Shown here: one piece after another, positions 45,620 through 57,448 of the stretch | Position numbering within the stretch: the first letter of the stretch is position 1 | Layout of the letters: the number at the start of each line of letters is the position of its first letter | NCBI GenBank assembly: GCA_964016885.1 | Contig: OZ024742.1 | Coordinates: 185,752,001 to 185,816,000, forward strand | DNA length: 64,000 bases | Direction of reading: 5' to 3' | Source: Eledone cirrhosa | Lineage: Eukaryota | Translations under genes and position numbers: made by a program | The notes under the pieces: generated by a model | Database searches by the model: none | Seen by the model: only the letters and a program-made list of their open reading frames with translations | What the model was told of the DNA's origin: nothing

Positions 45620-45780
45620 TAAGGCGGTGAATAGGTAAAGTCGTAAGTGTCGGGTTAAAAATGCCTCGGTATTTGTTCCGGGTCATAGTGCTTTGAGTTC
45701 AAATCCCGCCGAGGTCAACTTTACCATAGACCATATTGAGGTCAATAAATAAAGTACCAGACCAATACTGAGATCGATTC
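45620..45780 (+). mobile_element. SINE family A, diverged
   Basis: GAGTTCAAATCCCGCCGAGGTCAACTTT...GTCAATAAATAAAGTACCAG. Confidence 0.7.
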
Positions 45781-45986
45781 TTCCTCTATATCTCTTTCTC
45801 ACCTTACCCCTTTTTCTCTCCCACTTTCTCTAGAAGAAATCGTTTGTTTTCCGACCAGGAGAGGGATGAGCTTCACCAGGTTTTAAATGCCCAAATCACT
45901 CCGTGTCAAGACGACGCCTCTATGACTCCATCGGGAGCTGTGAGCCCTTTACTTACTAATGTAGATCGACAGGGTTTGGAATTAAG

Positions 45987-46390
45987 GAATAATTGTTTCT
46001 ACTTTTGGCACAAGGCCAGCAATTATCCAGTGCATTACTGATACTTTATTTTATCGACCCCGGAAGGATGAAAAGCAAAGTTAACCTCGGCGGGATTCGA
46101 ATTAAAAAATAATTGTTTCTACTTTTTGGCACAAGGCCAGCAATTATCCTAGTGTATGACTGGTACTTTATTTTATCGACCCCGTAATTTGTATTAAAAA
46201 ATAATTGTTTCTACTTGTTGGCACAAGGCCAGCAATTATCAGCACATTACTGGTACTTTATTTTATCGACCCCGTAGGGATGAAAGGCAAAGTTAACCTC
46301 GGCGGGATTTGAACTCAGATCGTTAAGGGACGTAACTATGCTGGAAAGCTTGGTGTCTGACCCTCTACCGATACTGCCACTCCACCTTTG
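45987..46390 (-). mobile_element. SINE family A with a tandemly triplicated 3' part
   Basis: AATAATTGTTTCTAC..GGCACAAGGCCAGCAATTATC at about 45987, 46108 and 46200. Confidence 0.8.
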
Positions 46391-46872
46391 AATTAAAAAA
46401 TAATGTATGCAGATAATGTTCAGAACTTACAATAATACAGATAGATGATACTTGGAACTAAGGAATTTGATAATGCAGGAAGGAATTTGGTAATTTGATA
46501 ATATAGAAATTAAGTCTACCATCCAAAAACAGGAGCTTGTCCTCCGACGGGTCTCTAGATAGCTTTAGTCTCAAATTTCACATGGTTTCGGTCGAACAAC
46601 CGAGGCTATAATAGAAACTATTTTCGCAAGGTGCCAAGCAGTGGAATCGAACTGGAAAACTACCCTTTCTACACGAAATACTGAAAAGAAACTATTATCT
46701 TAAACATTAAGTCATTTCAAACGGTTACAGGGCCAGTTGAACGATGGGAAAGTCACGAATATTATATTGGTGGTTTTTATTCATGAGAGAACTCGAGCTC
46801 AATAATGAAACACTTCTAATACAGTGTGTCCCGCTGTTTATTGATGTGGTGTAAGACTTGCTTAGGTAAATA

Positions 46873-47036
46873 CAGAGTAGCCACTGAAAAACTTGTTCGT
46901 TTTCAATCTTTTTTTTTTTTTTTTTTGCTGATTATAGAGCATCCCTTATTGTTTTTCACACATAATACTGAAATAATAAAAAACTAAAAAAACTATGTTT
47001 TTGTTTTATATCATTCAGTCTTTCAGTAGCCCCCTA
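46873..47036. mobile_element. Degenerate Tc1/mariner-type MITE
   Basis: TA-CAGAGTAGCCACTGAAAAACT ... AGTCTTTCAGTAGCCCCCTA-TA imperfect TIRs with TA flanks. Confidence 0.5.
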
Positions 47037-47124
47037 TATTTACATATTAATAGATTTTTGTTACTGTTGTTATTTAGTCCCAGGTAGGTTTACCTTTTAG
47101 AGTAGAACTATTATCAAAGCGATG

Positions 47125-47245
47125 CGGTGATTTGACAAGATACATTAGAAACTCGGAATGTTTTGCGGTATTTGTTCCAGTTCTCTGCACTCGCTGAACT
47201 CAAATCCCGCCGAGATCAATTTTGCCTTTCCAGCACGAGATCGAT
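47125..47245 (+). mobile_element. SINE family A fragment (similar fragments at about 48650-48790 and 53925-54110)
   Basis: CTCAAATCCCGCCGAGATCAATTTTGCCTTTC. Confidence 0.65.
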
Positions 47246-47282
47246 TCTTCCTCTATATTTCTTTCTCACTTCAACTCTCACC

Positions 47283-47387
<105 letters not shown>

Positions 47388-47397
47388 CTATCCATCT

Positions 47398-47419
47398 GCC
47401 CTTGTGGCTAATAAAGAAA
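47398..47419 (+). mobile_element. Extreme 3' tip of the Tx1-like LINE inside a (TCTA)n tract
   Basis: GCCCTTGTGGCTAATAAAGAAA is the reverse complement of about 60796-60817. Confidence 0.7.
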
Positions 47420-47936
47420 CATACCTATCTCTCCTCCTTCTCTGGAAGAAATTAGCTGTGTTCAGTTATGGAGAGGAATGGGCTCCGCCGGATTTTAAAT
47501 GCTCAAGTTATATGTCACTACAGCGCCCCCCACCTACGACTCAATCAGATGTTGCAGACCCAGACATACATTACAAAAGCATTCAAGTCATCTTTTTTTA
47601 AACATTGTTTACGTCGGATAAGACTCTCCTGCGTGTCCTTCCTCCGGTTATGGCGGGAGGGTGCACTACGAGGAAAATTTGGCTGCTATTTATAGCTGAT
47701 AGTGTGACTAAATAGAGGTTTTGAAAGCCTTGCCTGGAGTGCTTCTTTACCTTTTATATTTGCTGATAAAGCTTCTTAGATATGTAAAATTCTCCACAAA
47801 ATCTAGCGGTTCACTATTGGTAGTGATAGGTGCAGGTTTGTTGCAGTTATATTTAAATATATGGCAATTTTAAAATATTGGATGCATTTACAGATTTAGA
47901 ATATCTGACTGGGGGTTCTTTTTTTATCTTTTAGAC

Positions 47937-48265
47937 CAGAGTTCTCAAAGTGAGCGCTACCGCCTCCGGGTGAGTTGAGAAGGTCCAGATGGCGCTGGGG
48001 TCTAAAAGGACGGTGGGGAGGCGATAGAGATGATATAATAGTATATTAGATATCAAATAATACATATTATATATAAATATAGCAAAATAAAAAATATATA
48101 TTTATTTATACATAATATATATTATATTATATATAATTTAACGATTTTATTTATTATATATTATTTATAATTTGAGTGTAGGCAGATCTCCCTAGAAATA
48201 GGGTTGGAGGCGCTGATGGTGTACGTAATCGTGGAGAGGGAGGGGGGAATGTTTGAGAACCTCTG
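47937..48265. mobile_element. hAT/Charlie-like MITE
   Basis: TIRs CAGAGTTCTCAAA and TTTGAGAACCTCTG; similar 8-bp flanks TTTTAGAC and GTTTAAAC. Confidence 0.7.
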
Positions 48266-48469
48266 GTTTAAACATTAATGAGAGGAAATGTCGCACTCAT
48301 TATCCTTTTCGGGCTCTCTGGGACTTGTTAGAAGAAAGGAAAAAATATCCCAAGACTGAACACTTGATGTGAATGATTGCAATAGAGAGGATTCTAAAAA
48401 CAAGCAAGGAAGAGATGACTGTTTTAAACAGGATGACAGTTAAGTCTCCCACCAAAGAACATGAACGGT

Positions 48470-48575
48470 CGCTCCTACGGGCTTCCACACAGTTTCCGTC
48501 TACCAAACGTCATTCATAAGTCTTTGGTCGATCCGAGGTTATGCTAGATATCCAAGGATGAAACTCGGAATCGCC
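48470..48575 (-). mobile_element. SINE family C fragment (others near 45180-45280 and 46580-46660)
   Basis: GCTTCCACACAGTTTCCGTCTACCAAA..TTTGGTCGATCCGAGG shared among copies. Confidence 0.5.
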
Positions 48576-48911
48576 TAGTTCTGAAGCACCCATATAATAA
48601 ATATAGGAGAGAACTATTTTATCATATAGTTACGATGTTGTTAGAGCGATGGATTGGCGGAGTTTCTAAAAACATCGGATAGAATGCATTGCAATATTTG
48701 TTCCAGCTCTATGTACTCTGAGTTCAAATCCCGCCTTTCATCCTTTCCGAATCTATGAATAAATTACCAGTTCAATATTGAAGTTGATTCCTGTATGTCA
48801 TTTTCTCATCTCTCTCTCTCACTCTGTCTCTCTCTCTCTCTGTCTCTCTCTAACTCTCTCTCTTTCTCTCTCTTTCTCTCTCTCAATATATATATATATA
48901 TATATATATAT

Positions 48912-49720
48912 GAATAAAGTGGTCCTTCATCAGTGATCTTCGAACCATCATGGGTATTTCTTCGCTTTAAAGACCAAGGACCACTTTATTCATATGTAAC
49001 CCATTTGCAACCACGCAGCACGTTTATTCTCATATTTACACATATATTTTCCCCCGCTGTGACCCGTCTATTTCGTTCTTACTGCTTCCTCTTTCTCTGT
49101 ATCTTTACCCTCTCTAACAGTCACTCTCTCTGTTAGCCTCTTCCTCACCCTTCACTCACTCACTCTCTGTTACTACCTCTCCTCCTCCTCATTCTTCCCG
49201 TTTGACCTGTGCGTAATTCTTTTCTTTCGCACCCTTGGTCTGGCAGGTCGCTTTTTTTCTCTCTCTCGTCTACGATTTCACAGAACTTATGTTCACCGAA
49301 TTCACAGACTAGATCCCTTCTTCCTCCCGTTAGACCTGTACGGAATTCCTTCCTTGCTCACATTCCAACCAGGTTTGATGGTCTTTATTCTCTCTCGTTC
49401 ACGATTTCACCGAACTTATATTCATGGAAATTTGGGACTTGACTCCTTCTTCCTCACTTTTCGTTGCTTCACCATCTTTGTTTGTTTACACTCTCGCTGT
49501 CCCCTTTATTTACGTGTCCCAACGACTTTTTTTAGCCGTTGCTCGCACCCACAGAAGAAATACCCATGAAAGCGAAGAAATACCCATGATGGGTGCTCGC
49601 ACCCACCGAAGAAATACCCATGAAAGCGAAGAAATACCCATGATGGTTGGAAGATCACTGATGAAAGACCACTTTATTCATATGTAACCCATTTGCAACC
49701 ACGCAGCACGTTTATTCTTA
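48912..49720 (+). mobile_element. More-than-unit-length ORF-less element with a short inverted 5' arm, in (TA)n
   Basis: Terminal direct repeat GACCACTTTATTCATATGTAACCCATTTGCAACCACGCAGCACGTTTATTCT at about 48979 and 49667; inverted arm 48912-48976; internal short duplications. Confidence 0.8.
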
Positions 49721-49732
49721 TATATATATATA

Positions 49733-50170
49733 TCTGTATATAGTATATATGTATATATATATATATATATATAAAAGCAAGTCGGTCTGTGTGTGTGTCT
49801 TTCTGTCTGTGTACAAATACTAGGCTCCTTTTAACTTTTGAAGTACTAGGTCGATTTCAACCAAATTTGGCACACGTATTGTTTATATGCCAGAGCAGGT
49901 TTTGGGCACAAAAAGATTTTAAATAATTCGATATTGGGGCCGAAAAATCGATTTTGTGTGTGTATCTGTCTGTGTACAAATGCTAGGCTCCTTTTAACTT
50001 TTGAAGTACTAGGCCGATTTGGCACGTGCTATTGAGGCGACCTCTCATTGGCTAGCCAATTAGCTGACATAAGCTGACATGCACTCAGAAATTGCTAGCT
50101 AAGCCATAAACGACCTTGAACAATTCAGGCTGTCATTCATTTCCCGAGCAACGCCGGGTATATCTGCTAG
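49733..50170 (+). mobile_element. Non-autonomous Helitron-like element
   Basis: TC-(TA)n-AAAAG start (exact 5' end uncertain), 3' hairpin CCCGAGC-AAC-GCCGGG (50143-50158) followed by CTAG (50167-50170) then T; about 70-bp internal duplication. Confidence 0.78.
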
Positions 50171-50559
50171 TATATATATATATAATTATAAAATGTGGAG
50201 AAGGAGCACACGAGGTGGCTTGATTTCTACAGCTGGATGCCCTTCCTAACACCAACCTCATTTACAGTGAGTGCTGGGTGCTTTTTTTTCCGTGGCACCT
50301 ACACGTCCACTTTACAGTGTGGGCTGGGTGCTTTTTTGCCGTGGCACCTCCACAACCACTTTGCAGTGGAATGATAGGGACCCCAGTCCCTATCATCTCA
50401 TTTCTACAGCCGAGTAAACTGGAGCAATGTGAAATAAAGTGTATTGCTCAAGGAAACAACACATCACCCGGTCTGAGAATTGAACTCACAACCTTTCGAT
50501 TGCAATTCCAATTAACCACTAAGCCATGTGCCTTCACTGTATATATATGTGTTCGGCGT

Positions 50560-51680
50560 CGGTGAGGGCAAGTGTGCCATTATCATCTCGGACACAGTTC
50601 TCTCCAACAACATTATGATTTCCCCTGACAAACTGCCTCACCATCCTGAACACCTAATATCTTTTGTCCTCACATCGCAAAACATGCATAATATTTATTA
50701 TTATTTTCCGCTTCCCTCCTTGCAAAGTATACTTGTCGCCTAGCTTCTCTCCTAACTTCTTTGTATTGTTCTCTTCTTCCGCCTATTCTGCCATTCTTTC
50801 CATGCCTGTTCTTTGCCTTAATTGTCTCATCCACCCTACAATTCCACCACCAAGTTACTCTCTATCTCCCATGAGCCCTGCTACAGCTACAGACCTCGTA
50901 TGTGGCCTTCAGCAGATTATCTCTTTGGAAGTCCTACCGTTCCTCTATATTGTAAGTCTGTATTTATTCTTCTTTACTGTTAAAAGCCCCAAGCAAAATA
51001 CCGTCTGAGAGCTCCTTCAACCTTCATGTCTCTTTTCTCCAGGTTTTCCTTAGTCTCTGAGTTCGTCTGGCCCTAACTTTAAGGTCGATAACTACTACAT
51101 GGAGGAACTTTATGTTTACAACCATCACTCTACCTCGTCTTCTGGTGATGATAAAATCTATTTGACTAGTGTGCCACCTGATCTATAGGTGATTGGCTGT
51201 GTTTCTGAAGTCTATGTTACAGATAATTTGAATTGCAGAATTCCAGGGACCTTTATCCTTTCTCTTTGCTCGTGGCAAACCCAATAGAAACCATCACAGT
51301 GCTGCTCAACATATCCATTAAAGCCGCCTGCGATGATTATGAGTTCATCGTTACTTTTTAGAAAAGTAGTCAGCATTAGGGATTTCTCCTTCACTCTACT
51401 TACCACAATTACATTATCTACCCCTTTGTATGCCTACAGAAGGCCTACTCCACCCATCCCGCACTCGTTACTCATCCAGAAAAATGTGTAGCAAGTATCG
51501 TTCTTTGACCACAAGAAGTTTAGCTGATGCTCCTCTTCATCTAGTCACTTGTACACAGCACAGGGCCACTTTCCTTCGCCTTATCATCTCCACAATCTCA
51601 CCTCACCTTCTTCTTACCTTGGTAGTCGCAGTTCTAAAGTTTGTGAGTTTACTGGAAGAAAGGGTGGATACTTGAGTAAG
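50560..51680 (-). mobile_element. Heavily decayed RTE-like LINE (APE region)
   Basis: ALCCVQVTR..RGASA-like and AGGFNGYV motifs parallel the 36.2-36.6 kb RTE copy. Confidence 0.6.
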
Positions 51681-51835
51681 GAGTGGAATTGGTGTTGGCT
51701 TTCCATACTTGAAATAAAGAAGATTCGCGTGGTTGCCCGGACATTAGTGATGGGTTCATACCAAGAAGGGGAATTCCTCCAACCATGTTGTCTACCTGCT
51801 ATACGATCCAACAAACCCACAATAATCATATCTCA

Positions 51836-51920
<85 letters not shown>
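51836..51920. repeat. (TAG)n microsatellite (another at 55869-56020)
   Basis: Direct reading. Confidence 0.95.
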
Positions 51921-52169
51921 TATTCGTACGTCCGTCAATAATACACAGATATATATATATATAAGTATGTATGTATATATACGTACATACATATATGTAT
52001 ACAGACGTACAGTAGTATGTATATATATACACACAAATATATATGCACGTATCGGCCTACCGAACATTTATTATAATGCTCGGTTTGTTTGTTTGTAAAC
52101 AAACAAACAGCCCGAATTATGCCGTACAGTGTTTAGGCAACCACGTCACCTTTTTGTTCAACACTGACA

Positions 52170-52228
52170 CAGGAACGATGTACTAGTTTCAAGCTCATTA
52201 GCTATCGTCAGCATCGTATACCTTCCTG
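52170..52228 (-). ncRNA. Type I hammerhead ribozyme, copy 1
   Basis: Reverse complement of the motif at 52432-52490, with a small change in loop II. Confidence 0.85.
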
Positions 52229-52431
52229 CCAGATGGTTGAACGTCTGAAAGTATATACTTTCCTTATGCATATTAACGGCTGAGCAGCCTAATTTGCATA
52301 TCGAGTGAGTTCAGTCGGCCGGGCGCACCGAAAACGATAAATGGAATAGAATGAAACGATATACAAATTAGGCTTCTCAGCCGTTAATATGCATAAGGAA
52401 AGTATATACTTTCAGACGTTCAACCATCTGG

Positions 52432-52490
52432 CAGGAAGGTATACGATGCTGACGATAGCTAATAAGCTTGAAACTAGTACATCGTTCCTG
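52432..52490 (+). ncRNA. Type I hammerhead ribozyme, copy 2
   Basis: CAGGAA..ACGATG-CTGACGA-T-AGCT-AATA-AGCT-T-GAAAC-TA-GTA-CATCGT-TCCTG; predicted cleavage after 52479. Confidence 0.88.
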
Positions 52491-52881
52491 TGTCAGTGTT
52501 GAAAAAAAAGGTGACGTGGTTGCCTAAACACTGTACGGCGTAATTCGGGCTGTTTGTTTGTTTACAAACAAACAAACCGAGCATTATAATAAATGTTCGG
52601 TAAACCGATACGTGCGTATATATATATATATGTGTGTACATGTATGTTTGTATATACATACTACTGTACGTCTGTATACATATATGTATATACGTATACA
52701 TACATACTTACATTTAAGTAAGTGCCGTACTAAGAGTGAGAAATGAAATTTCGTTTCATTCTATTCCATTTATCGTTTTCGGTGCACCCGGCCGACTGAA
52801 CTCACTCGATATGTAAATTAGGCTGCTCAGCCGTTAATATGCATAAGGAAAGTATATACTTTCAGACGTTCAACCATCTGG

Positions 52882-52940
52882 CAGGAAGGTATACGATGCT
52901 GACGATAGCTAATAAGCTTGAAACTAGTACATCGTTCCTG
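52882..52940 (+). ncRNA. Type I hammerhead ribozyme, copy 3
   Basis: Identical to copy 2 and 450 bp downstream; predicted cleavage after 52929. Confidence 0.88.
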
Positions 52941-53330
52941 TGTCAGTGTTGAACAAAAAGGTGACGTGGTTGCCTAAACACTGTACGGCGTAATTCGGGC
53001 TGTTTGTTTGTTTACAAACAAACAAACCGAGCATTATAATAAATGTTCAGTAAACCGATACGTGCATATATATATGTGTGTACATGTATGTATATATATA
53101 TACAAACTACTGTACGTCTGTATACATATATGTATGTACGTATACATACATACATACTTATATATATATATATATATATGTGTGTACATGTATGTATATA
53201 TATACATACTACTGTACGTCTGTATACACATATGTATGTACGTATACATACATACTTACATTTAAGTAAGTGCCGTACTAAGAGTGAGAAATGAAATTTC
53301 GTTTGATTCTATTCCATTTATATATATATA

Positions 53331-53464
<134 letters not shown>

Positions 53465-54535
53465 TGACTTCTACAGGACTAGAACTGTTTGATTCGAAGC
53501 CATTTCTATATTAAACATTATACACATTCTATGTATTGAGTACTTTACTTACTGTAGTTCCCCCCGATTGAACCCGGGATACACACACACACACACACAC
53601 ACACACAAATATATATTTCTATGAAAGAAATCTTCTGTGCTCTGACCTGGAGGGTGATAGGCTCCCCCAGGTTTAAATGAATACAATATCCACCCTACGA
53701 CTCCATCAGGATTTATGCGCCAGTGAAATGGCATATTAACAGTTGTCTTCGCCAACGTTATATACTTCCGTATCGTCCTTGTTTTTGCTGCTATTACATA
53801 CGAGACTATCTCCAGACAGGAACAGCAACTAAGAGCCATAAGAATCAATATATTTTGGAGAGGTATTGTAGACAATGTTAAGAATTCTACATCTGCTCAT
53901 TAGAATACATAAGAAATAGTTGTGAAGTAGATTGGCAGAATTGGCACAACGTCGGATATAATGTCATTGCACTGTATTTGCTCTGGCTCTTTATATACTG
54001 AGTTCAAATCCTGCCGAGATCATCTTTGCCTAAAACAAAGTACCAGTCAAGTACTGTGGTTTGATTTAATCAACTTTGACTTTCCCCCAAATTTGTTGGC
54101 TTATTGACTAAAATAAAAATCGATATTTATGAGACAGTTTGAATGAAACTGTGGTTAACAATAAAACATATTCTAACATTCTCCTGTCTGCCATTATATT
54201 TTAATTTGTTAATCAAAGCGTGGCAGTTTAAGTGATTGGAGATCGAATCTATTAAGCCCCTCCTTCTCCATCCCTACCTTCCTCTTTTCACAATACGGTA
54301 TCATACACATTGATCGGATTTCTGCCGAAATTTTCTCACTGACCCGGCCAATGCTATATCTACAAAAATTACGTCATCTACTTCTCTCTCTCCCTCTCTC
54401 TCCCTCTCTCTCCCCCTCTCTCTAACTCCCTCTCTTTCTCTGTCTGTTTATCTATCTCCATATCTATCTGTCTGTCTATCTACCTGTCTATCTCTTTGTC
54501 TATCTATTTCTATATCTTCCTCCCTCTCGCTTGCC

Positions 54536-54680
54536 CTCGCTCTATCTCTCTCGCTCTATCTCTCGCTCTATCTCTCTCGCTCTGTCTCTCGCTCTATCTC
54601 TCTCGCTCTATCTCTCTCGCTCTATCTCTCGCTCTATCTCTCTCGCTCTATCTCTCGCTCTATCTCTCTCGCTCTATCTT
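54536..54680. repeat. (CTCGCTCTATCT[CT])n minisatellite
   Basis: 12/14-bp units read directly. Confidence 0.85.
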
Positions 54681-54727
54681 TATCTATCTCTTCACGGAGT
54701 TTTGATGAGAAGGGGAATGCTCGAATA

Positions 54728-55782
54728 GAGTTAGTAGTATTGTACTAATGTAGTTAGTAGTCCTGTACTAATTTGTTAGTAAGTAGTCCTTTATTAATGT
54801 ACTGTAAGTAACACTGGAAGTAGTGCAGTACTAGTGTAGTTGTCAGTACTGTACTAAATGTAGTTAGTAGTAATATACTAGTAATATACTAATGTACAGC
54901 TAGTAATACTGTATTAATGCAGTTAGTAGTGCGGTACAAAAGGTGGTTAGAAGTATTATACTATTGTAGTTAGTAATGCAGTACTAAAGTACAGTTAGTA
55001 AAGTGTAATAATTTACAGTTAGTAGTACCGTACTAGTGTACAGTTAGTAGTACTCTGCTAGTGTACCTAGTAGTAGAGTACAAATATAGTTATTAGTATT
55101 GTATTAACGTAGCTAGTAGCATTTTAGTACTGTACTGGTATAGCTAGTATTACTTGTTCATAGTACTGTACTAATGTAGTTAGTAGTACTAACTAGTATT
55201 ACTGTGTTAGTATAACCACCAGTACTAGTTAGTAGTCTGGTAATGGTATAGCTAATAGCACTGCATTAATATAGTTAGTTCTATATTGCTGATGAAGCTC
55301 GTAACAAGAGTTAGTAATACTTTATTAATGTAGTTAGTAGTACTAGTTAGCAGCACCGTATCAATGTAACTTATACTTTAATAATATAGCTAGTAATAAT
55401 AGTTAGTTGTACTGTACTAAAGTAGTTAGTAGTATTAGTTAGTACTATTATATTAATATGGTTAGTAGCACTAGTTAGTATTAGTATATTAATATGGTTA
55501 GTAGCACTAGTTAGTACTGTTATATTAATATGGTTGGCAGCACTAGTTAGTACAATTATATTAGCATGGTTAGTAGTATTAATTGGTGCTGGTATAGCTA
55601 ATAGTATTAGTTAGTACTACTGTACTAATATAGTTAGGAGTAATAATTATACTGTACTAATACAACTATTAGTTATAGTTAGTACTACTCTAATAATAGA
55701 GCTACAAGTACTAGTTAGTATTATTGTACTAAAACAGCTAGTTGTACTAGTTAGCATTAAAGTAATAATACTAGTAATACTC
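54728..55782. repeat. Degenerate TAGT/AGTACT-rich cryptic satellite
   Basis: Recurrent TAGTTAGTAGTACTGTACTAATG-like words; local repeats of about 36 bp at 55436-55580. Confidence 0.75.
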
Positions 55783-55868
55783 GATAGCAATTGTAGATAA
55801 CTGTATTAAAGTGACTCTGGTCAGTTTAATCAATATTCTCTCAGTTGAACAGAATCGATAACCAATAT

Positions 55869-55948
<80 letters not shown>

Positions 55949-55982
55949 GGTGGTGGTCGTGTGGTGGTGGTGGTGGTGGTAA

Positions 55983-56019
<37 letters not shown>

Positions 56020-56143
56020 CAATGCATTGTTAGTAATTACGAAATAATTGTCGATTTATGAATAATATTGTCAAACATTTTCACACACACACAAATAAAC
56101 ACATACACACAAGTAAACACACACACGCACACACGCACACACG

Positions 56144-56219
<76 letters not shown>

Positions 56220-56439
56220 TGAATAGTCAGTTATCAGACGATGCAGCAGCTTTACAAATAGGCTTGTAATTATGTCGAGACCCATATACGGGAATGTTTT
56301 GTTGTTTTTTTTTAATCTGGCAGAGCTCATCTCCTCTCCAGGTCTGAACACAACCGATTTCTTCCAGGGAAGGAGAGAGAGTGTGTGAGGTAGAGAAAGA
56401 GCAATAGAAAAGAAGGGTGAAAGATATATAGGGAAAGAA

Positions 56440-56792
56440 TCGACCCCAGTACTAGACTGGTACTTTTTTTATCGACCTAGAAAAGTTGGAAGGCAAAGTT
56501 AACCTCGATGCGTTTTGAATTCAGAGTGTAGAGAGACGGAATGGTACCGTAAATCATTCTGTCTCACGACTCTGCCACTTCGCCGCCTACAAATATACTT
56601 ACTAAAGGATAAATAATTGTCTCTACTTTAGGCACAAGGCCAGCAATTCACCAGTGCATTACTGGTACTTTTATTTTATCGACCTCGTAAGGATGAAAGG
56701 CAAAGTCAACCTCGGCGGGATTTGAACTCAGATCGTAAAAGGGACGTAACTATGCTGGAAAGCATGGCGTCCGACCCTCTACTGATACTGCC
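56440..56792 (-). mobile_element. Two adjacent SINE family A copies
   Basis: GGCAAAGTTAACCTCG at about 56492; well-conserved copy at 56612-56792 with GGGATTTGAACTC. Confidence 0.8.
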
Positions 56793-56940
56793 AATAAATC
56801 ATGTTAATAATTACAGACAGTGGGGAGAGAGAGATGGAAAGAGACTGACCGACAGAGACAGAGACAGAAGAAAAAAAACGAAAACAAGACAGAACACGGT
56901 AAAAATTGAGAACACTTGTTTAAGTAAGAGATCAGTGTAT

Positions 56941-57189
56941 AACGTTTCGGGCTATATCTTTCATCAGGGAGGAAAAGTTGTAGGGAAAAAATGAAAGGAA
57001 AGAGACAGTTGACATCAAAATGTATATGGTTGCTTAGATAGCGTGTGTGTATATCATCATAATTATTATCATCATTCAACATCTGAATGCAAAATGTTTT
57101 CGTTCCTTCCCTTTCTCACTTTCTATCTTTCTATTTCCTCTTTTATTTTTCATTCTATCTTCTGATGACGGACTAGTGTCCGAAATGTA
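56941..57189. other. Two divergent degenerate hammerhead-like cores (old pLTR remnant)
   Basis: Minus 56941-56967: CTGATGA-AAGATATAGCCC-GAAACGTT. Plus 57162-57189: CTGATGA-C-GGAC-TAGT-GTCC-GAAATGTA. Stem I is poor in both. Confidence 0.45.
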
Positions 57190-57448
57190 AAAACTCTTTT
57201 CCTACTAAATTAAGCTTTAAACTAATAACTTTCTTCATTGTAGTGTGTTGTTTTGTTAGTGGTTCCGTTTACTTTTTGCCTATATATGTATATATATAAA
57301 TATATGTGTGCGTGTGTGTGTGTGTATGTGTGTGTGTGTGCATAGTAATGCAGAGTTTAAAACTTCATATTCAATGCCACCTTTTTTTTCAATAAATACG
57401 TTTTATATTCTGCTCACATGTATTGCATGTATATTCAGTTAATGGTCA

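Larger units (their letters stand above)
51963..53320. mobile_element. Retrozyme-like 450-bp multimer: about 0.9 inverted unit plus about 2 direct units, in (TA)n
   Basis: Minus arm 51963-52359; plus arm 52358-53320 with a 450-bp period (52441 versus 52891); no meaningful ORF; three hammerheads. Confidence 0.88.

Noticed and set aside
49638-49666. SECIS-like ATGA...GA motif
   Set aside because: The helix between the putative quartet strands is far too short for a SECIS.
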